In this document: positions 60,147 to 64,000 of the stretch, one piece after another
How positions within the stretch are numbered: the stretch's first letter is position 1
How the letters are laid out: the number at the start of each line of letters is the position of its first letter
Source of the DNA: a virus
Taxonomy: Duplodnaviria; Caudoviricetes
Length of the DNA: 64,000 bases
Reading direction: 5' to 3' (one strand)
IMG/VR virus record: IMGVR_UViG_3300020403_004398
Span: 13,013 to 77,012 of that record
Notes under the pieces: model-generated
What the model was told of the DNA's origin: nothing
Database searches by the model: none
The model's input: the letters and a program-made list of their open reading frames with translations, nothing else
Translations under genes and position numbers: made by a program

Positions 60147-60675
60147 TATACAACTCGACCCTAGAGTAGAGCTTAAGGCAAGGCGCACCTTAGACGGAAA
60201 TATAATGATTCTCGACCATGAGGATATTGATATTGTTTTAATGTTGGAGAAAAAAAAGTGTGTAGCTTTTCCTAAATCTGAAATGTCAGATCGAGTTTAT
60301 TTTTCTCAAGATCGAATGTTTAAATTCCTTGCCAAAAAGGGTCTTGTCGACCATGCCTCCATAAGAGGAGGGAATGTTTTTGGTTCCATGGAGGCACAAG
60401 TTCTAGAATCAAAAATACCAGGAATTGACAGGACTCAAGCCGTATTATATAGTCTGCATGAGTATATCACAGGGGAGCGACAGTACTTCAAGACAGCAGA
60501 TGAATATGATGATAGTCGTTTGGACAATCTACTTAGACCTTCTGAAGAGGAATCGACTGAACTTGGAGATGTGCCTCACGCAGATCGCAAAGGCGCCCAT
60601 GACAGCCGCATGCGCCCATATGGATTCATGTACAATTACTCCCTACTCAGAGAGGGCGAAAGCGAGGATTCATGA
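60130..60675 (+). CDS. Hypothetical protein
   Basis: 181-aa ORF overlapping both neighbours. Confidence 0.65.
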   Translation: MTVTLDIQLDPRVELKARRTLDGNIMILDHEDIDIVLMLEKKKCVAFPKSEMSDRVYFSQDRMFKFLAKKGLVDHASIRGGNVFGSMEAQVLESKIPGIDRTQAVLYSLHEYITGERQYFKTADEYDDSRLDNLLRPSEEESTELGDVPHADRKGAHDSRMRPYGFMYNYSLLREGESEDS

Positions 60676-61016
60676 TATCTTTAATTTGGTTCTGCTTAAT
60701 ATCTTACGGCTTAACTCAAATATTGGTTTATGGTAAAATACTAGACAAAATAAGACCAAAACAAGGATTCTTTGGAGATTTATTGTCCTGCGCTATGTGT
60801 ACGGGCTTTTGGGTTGGTGCATTTTTGTGGTGCGTAAGTGGCCATACGAAACTATTTAATTTTGATGATTCTTACGTCACTGGCCTGCTTTTAGGTTTTG
60901 CAGCGTCGGCAGCTGCTTACGTAGGCAATATGGTTTTTGGCGACGATGGAATAAGAACAGAAAATTTAATTCAAACAAAGGAAAGTGAAAATGGAAATAA
61001 CATTCAACACAATTAA
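60672..61016 (+). CDS. DUF1360-like membrane protein
   Basis: Three hydrophobic segments with a CAMCTGFWVG (CxxC..FW) motif. Confidence 0.55.
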   Translation: MISLIWFCLISYGLTQILVYGKILDKIRPKQGFFGDLLSCAMCTGFWVGAFLWCVSGHTKLFNFDDSYVTGLLLGFAASAAAYVGNMVFGDDGIRTENLIQTKESENGNNIQHN

Positions 61017-61095
61017 ATGGGCCCTGCCCCCTGTTCGCCTGTGCTGCAAGGGCAAGAGTTTGATGCGGGTGGCCCCCGCAAGAGGAATATTATGA
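60991..61095 (+). CDS. Candidate 34-aa peptide MEITFNTIKWALPPVRLCCKGKSLMRVAPARGIL
   Basis: AAGGA SD 8 nt upstream; its TGA overlaps the protease ATG (ATGA). Below the length cutoff of the ORF track. Confidence 0.35.
   Translation: MEITFNTIKWALPPVRLCCKGKSLMRVAPARGIL
61064..61080 (+). other. GC-rich RNA hairpin TGCGGG-TGGCC-CCCGCA directly 5' of the protease SD
   Basis: Perfect 6-bp stem with a 5-nt loop. Confidence 0.45.
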
Positions 61096-61700
61096 AACTA
61101 ATAAGAGAATATTACGAGCTGTGTGAGGGTGGCGTTTGTCAGGACTTGTTGACCGAAGCAGAAAAGAAGTATATTGCTGAGGGTGGTTGTATACTTACTG
61201 GACTAATGCAAGAAGCGGACAAGCCAAATGGCAACAATAGGGTTTATTCGCAGAAGACATTGGCCCGAGAAGTCGAGAAGTACCAAAAACTAGTTAACGC
61301 GAACCGCGCACTCGGAGAACTTGATCATCCTGACAATAATGTTGTGGAGCTTAAAAGTGTTTCGCACTGCGTTACAAAGATATGGATGGAAGGGCCCCGA
61401 GTCATGGGTAAAATTAGGGTTTTACAAGAAACTCCTAACGGCAAAATATTGGCAGGATTAGTAAAAGAGGGGATACCAATTGGTATATCTTCTAGGGGCC
61501 AAGGAAACGTACATGAAAGAAATGGCGTGACGATTGTAGAGGATGACTTCCAGCTTATTTGTTTTGATATAGTTTCGGACCCATCCACAGCCGGCGCGTT
61601 TATGTTACAAGAGGCTAGAGACCTAAAAGAAGTGAAGTCTCAAGGTAACACCGTCAACAGCCTGCTTGACAATATGATAATTAAGTTTGGGAAAAAATGA
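61092..61700 (+). CDS. Prohead core protease (T4 gp21-like)
   Basis: ALGELDHP, VSH, GISSRGQG and FDIVSDPST motifs. Start moved to the ATG at 61092 (SD AGAGGA). Confidence 0.9.
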   Translation: MKLIREYYELCEGGVCQDLLTEAEKKYIAEGGCILTGLMQEADKPNGNNRVYSQKTLAREVEKYQKLVNANRALGELDHPDNNVVELKSVSHCVTKIWMEGPRVMGKIRVLQETPNGKILAGLVKEGIPIGISSRGQGNVHERNGVTIVEDDFQLICFDIVSDPSTAGAFMLQEARDLKEVKSQGNTVNSLLDNMIIKFGKK

Positions 61701-62119
61701 AAAAATCAGAGTTAAAATCAATTATCAAAGAGTGTGTCAAAGAAGTGCTTTTTGAAGAAGGGGTTCTATCCAATTTGGTAGCTGAAGTTGCCGCGGGGAT
61801 AACTAAAGCGCAAGTCTTGATGACTGAAACAACAAAAAGAGAAGAAAACAAAAAAATAGAAAAACAAAAGTCGGAACTGGCAGAAAAAGAAAGAGCAAAA
61901 ATCTTAGAATCTAAAAGAAAAATGCTCGATGCGATTGGCAACACAAAGATGACAAACATTTTTGAAGGAACCGAGGCTTTGCCTGCCCAAGCCCAAGGTC
62001 ACGCCGCGGCCAGCCCCCTCGCGAACAAAGACCCTAGAGATGCAGGAATTGATATTACGGGTCTGCTTGCAGTTGCAGGCACAAAATGGAATACTTTAAA
62101 TGAAGGGATGAAAAAATGA
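61697..62119 (+). CDS. Hypothetical head-module protein (MKKSELKSIIKE N-terminus)
   Basis: ATGA-coupled 140-aa ORF. Confidence 0.65.
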   Translation: MKKSELKSIIKECVKEVLFEEGVLSNLVAEVAAGITKAQVLMTETTKREENKKIEKQKSELAEKERAKILESKRKMLDAIGNTKMTNIFEGTEALPAQAQGHAAASPLANKDPRDAGIDITGLLAVAGTKWNTLNEGMKK

Positions 62120-62352
62120 GTAAAGGAAAGCCATGTCACGTTGAAATAGTGATATATGATCAAAGTCAAGTGGAAAGAATGATAAAGAAGTTTACCAGAA
62201 AATGTAAAAAGATTGGGTTATTCGACGAACTTAAAGAACGCAGGTATTTTAAGAAGAAGTCGGTGAAAATGAAGGAAAAAAGAGAAAATAAGCTAAGAAA
62301 GTCTCAAAAAGTCACCCAAAAACACAAAGATAAGTTTAAAAATCTTAGCTAA
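62116..62352 (+). CDS. rpsU: Phage-encoded ribosomal protein bS21
   Basis: VERMIKKFTRKCKKIGLFDELKERRYFKKKS matches the bS21 core (AL.RFKR.C.K.G.L.E.R.RE.YEKPS) with a basic tail; 78 aa. Confidence 0.8.
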   Translation: MSKGKPCHVEIVIYDQSQVERMIKKFTRKCKKIGLFDELKERRYFKKKSVKMKEKRENKLRKSQKVTQKHKDKFKNLS

Positions 62353-62377
62353 TTATATTTAATAAAGGAGACTCAAA

Positions 62378-62860
62378 ATGACAACAGGATTTAATAAACA
62401 ATTCCCAACATCAGCTGATAGAAAATACACATCTTGGGGGCGAACCCGACAACCGAAAAACATCGCAGGGCCCAACGGCACCGAGATCCCCGCGGTTTTA
62501 ATTGCCACATTAACTGGTATTACAACTGCAGGCGAGCAACCTACTCAAGGTTACAATACAGAGAACCAAAGATTTCTTCACCTTTTAGTAGAAGACTCAA
62601 ATGCCGGCAATAATGATGGCGAAGCTGTAACTGCCTATGGGTACTGTCATGCTTTTCTTCGCTGGTTTCCTTTGGTGGCCACTATCGGCGGCACAGGAGC
62701 AGCATCCGCAACCGCGGCCGGCGTCGGTACCACACCAGCCCTTCACTTGGCCAGTTCTCGTACATATCGTTTATATGATATAGCAGGCATTGACCGCGTA
62801 GCTTTCGTGGCCGCGGCACCTGACGACGTGAACGTTTTTGCTGCTTGCTCGACCTTCTAA
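62378..62860 (+). CDS. Hypothetical late protein
   Basis: AGGAG SD and upstream CTAATTA motif; 160 aa. Confidence 0.65.
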   Translation: MTTGFNKQFPTSADRKYTSWGRTRQPKNIAGPNGTEIPAVLIATLTGITTAGEQPTQGYNTENQRFLHLLVEDSNAGNNDGEAVTAYGYCHAFLRWFPLVATIGGTGAASATAAGVGTTPALHLASSRTYRLYDIAGIDRVAFVAAAPDDVNVFAACSTF

Positions 62861-62901
62861 AACAACTCAAGATTTTTTCTTTCCCTTTTAAATGCTCTAT
62901 A

Positions 62902-62909
62902 ACTATTTA
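62902..62909 (+). promoter_or_regulatory. Putative late promoter ACTATTTA
   Basis: Intergenic, upstream of the scaffold gene. Confidence 0.5.
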
Positions 62910-62967
62910 TTTAGAGACAATGCCACTTGTTTAACGTACGCACATAAAAGTTAGGAGTCAAATAAAC

Positions 62968-64000
62968 ATGTCAAATCTATTAGAAAGAGCGATAATTGAT
63001 GCAAAAGCTCTAAAAGAAGCAGCTTTGAAAAATGCAGAACAGCTCGTCATAGAAAGATACTCTTCAGAGGTCAAGTCAGCAATGAATCGCTTGCTGGAAG
63101 CACCAGACGACGATCCATTCACTTTGGAGGATCCCATGATGGATGCCGGTGGAGAAGAAGAAGATCCTTTCGCGGATGACGCTCTCGGGTTGGACGACCC
63201 GTTCGCTGCAGCAGACGATACCTTGGATGACCCAGCCAGCCAGGACGAATTCGCTCAAGAGGACGACCCTAATGAAGAATCTGGGATCTTCGGAGCAGAT
63301 TCGTTTATGACTGACATACCAGATGGCTTTGCTGCCGACGACGATGAGATAATAAGCATCAAGCTTGACTCCCTTGATGCAGAATTTGAAGACGAAGAAG
63401 GCGTGTTTGGTGGCGACGACGAATTAGAAGACGATGAGATTGGGATAGACCTAGAAGACGAGTCAGATTTTGAAGATGAAGATATGTCTGCAGATGATGA
63501 TTTCGGAATCGATATTTCACCGGACGTGACTCCCGACATGCAGGCATCCCCTGAAGCAGCTCCAGAAGTTACAGCAGATATGGTAGCAGAGGTTCTTCAG
63601 GATCTCGGCGTCGAAGAAGAAATAGACTTAGAAGAAGTTATGGAAGCGGTAAGGGTTGATTTTGAGCCACAAAAGTCCGGTTGGGCAGGGACTCCAGAAT
63701 CTTTAATGCGCGAGTATGAGTCTATGCTGATTGCAAGAGAGCAAGACAGCAAAGTAAAAGAAGAAAACGAAGAGCTGCGAAAAAACGTTGCAGCATTACA
63801 AAAAGAAAACAAGAATCTAGCTTCTGCGGCCATCAAGCTGCAAGAGCAAAATAAAAAATATAACTCAACATTTCAAACTTTGCAAGAAAAGTTGGAAACG
63901 ATGAATGTTTCTAACGCAAAGTTGTTGTATATAAACCAGGCTCTCGAAAATGCCTCCTTGAATGAGCGACAAAAAAGAAAAATTGTCGAAGCCATTTCAA
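62968..64000 (+). CDS. Acidic prohead scaffolding-like protein; 3'-partial
   Basis: I translated it by hand and it is open to the window end (absent from the ORF track): MSNLLERAIIDAKALKEAALKNAE, a very Asp/Glu-rich middle, then coiled coil and NAKLLYINQALENASLNERQKRKIVEAIS. AGGAG SD. Confidence 0.75.
   Translation, partial: MSNLLERAIIDAKALKEAALKNAEQLVIERYSSEVKSAMNRLLEAPDDDPFTLEDPMMDAGGEEEDPFADDALGLDDPFAAADDTLDDPASQDEFAQEDDPNEESGIFGADSFMTDIPDGFAADDDEIISIKLDSLDAEFEDEEGVFGGDDELEDDEIGIDLEDESDFEDEDMSADDDFGIDISPDVTPDMQASPEAAPEVTADMVAEVLQDLGVEEEIDLEEVMEAVRVDFEPQKSGWAGTPESLMREYESMLIAREQDSKVKEENEELRKNVAALQKENKNLASAAIKLQEQNKKYNSTFQTLQEKLETMNVSNAKLLYINQALENASLNERQKRKIVEAIS

Noticed and set aside
61017-61091. 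N-terminal extension MGPAPCSPVLQ... of the protease in the ORF track
   Set aside because: No SD at 61017; the ATG at 61092 has AGAGGA and starts the conserved-looking sequence.
44034-62967. tRNA genes, CRISPR arrays or strong Rho-independent terminators in intergenic gaps
   Set aside because: The gaps are about 110 nt or shorter with no cloverleaf or repeat-spacer pattern; the small inverted repeat at 50342-50359 lacks a following U-tract.
237-63836. Numerous minus-strand ORFs of 60-151 aa in the track
   Set aside because: All are antisense shadows of longer + strand genes, with no SD, no recognisable motifs and atypical composition.
1-64000. Alternative genetic code (stop-codon reassignment seen in some large phages)
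   Set aside because: Code 11 already gives near-complete coding density with intact 8-10 kb ORFs, and TAA, TAG and TGA all act as stops.

Overview
This window is a 64-kb piece of a large lytic tailed phage genome: jumbo-type, T4-like head module, contractile-type baseplate, estimated ~37-38% GC by sampling. All credible genes are on the + strand, densely packed, often translationally coupled and mostly preceded by AGGAG-type Shine-Dalgarno sites. From left to right: (1) 1-10.6 kb, a 13-gene nucleotide-sugar and glycosyltransferase island (GT15-like, CgeB-like GT, mini-DegT, formyltransferase, two Fcl paralogues, two SDR epimerases, C-methyltransferase, GT11, Gmd, and a DUF962 membrane protein). 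(2) 10.6-14.1 kb, small genes including a gp55-like late sigma factor. (3) 14.1-47.5 kb, a baseplate/tail region with gp25- and gp6-like wedges and two giant proteins of 2861 and 3423 aa. (4) 47.5-53.8 kb, a J-domain protein, RuvC-like resolvase, primase, a methyltransferase and a single-ORF SbcD-SbcC (Mre11-Rad50) fusion. (5) 53.8-54.9 kb, holin/spanin-like membrane genes. (6) 55.7-64 kb, terminase, portal, prohead protease, ribosomal protein bS21 and an acidic scaffold that runs off the end. Non-gene signals seen directly: a CTA(T/A/C)TTA motif in almost every intergenic gap, two sigma70-like promoters, a coupled 34-codon ORF with hairpins before the protease, and a strong excess of pure-G/C runs including seven copies of GCCGCGGC. 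No tRNA, CRISPR array, integrase or intein was recognised. All functional calls come from motif recognition by eye; no database searches were run.
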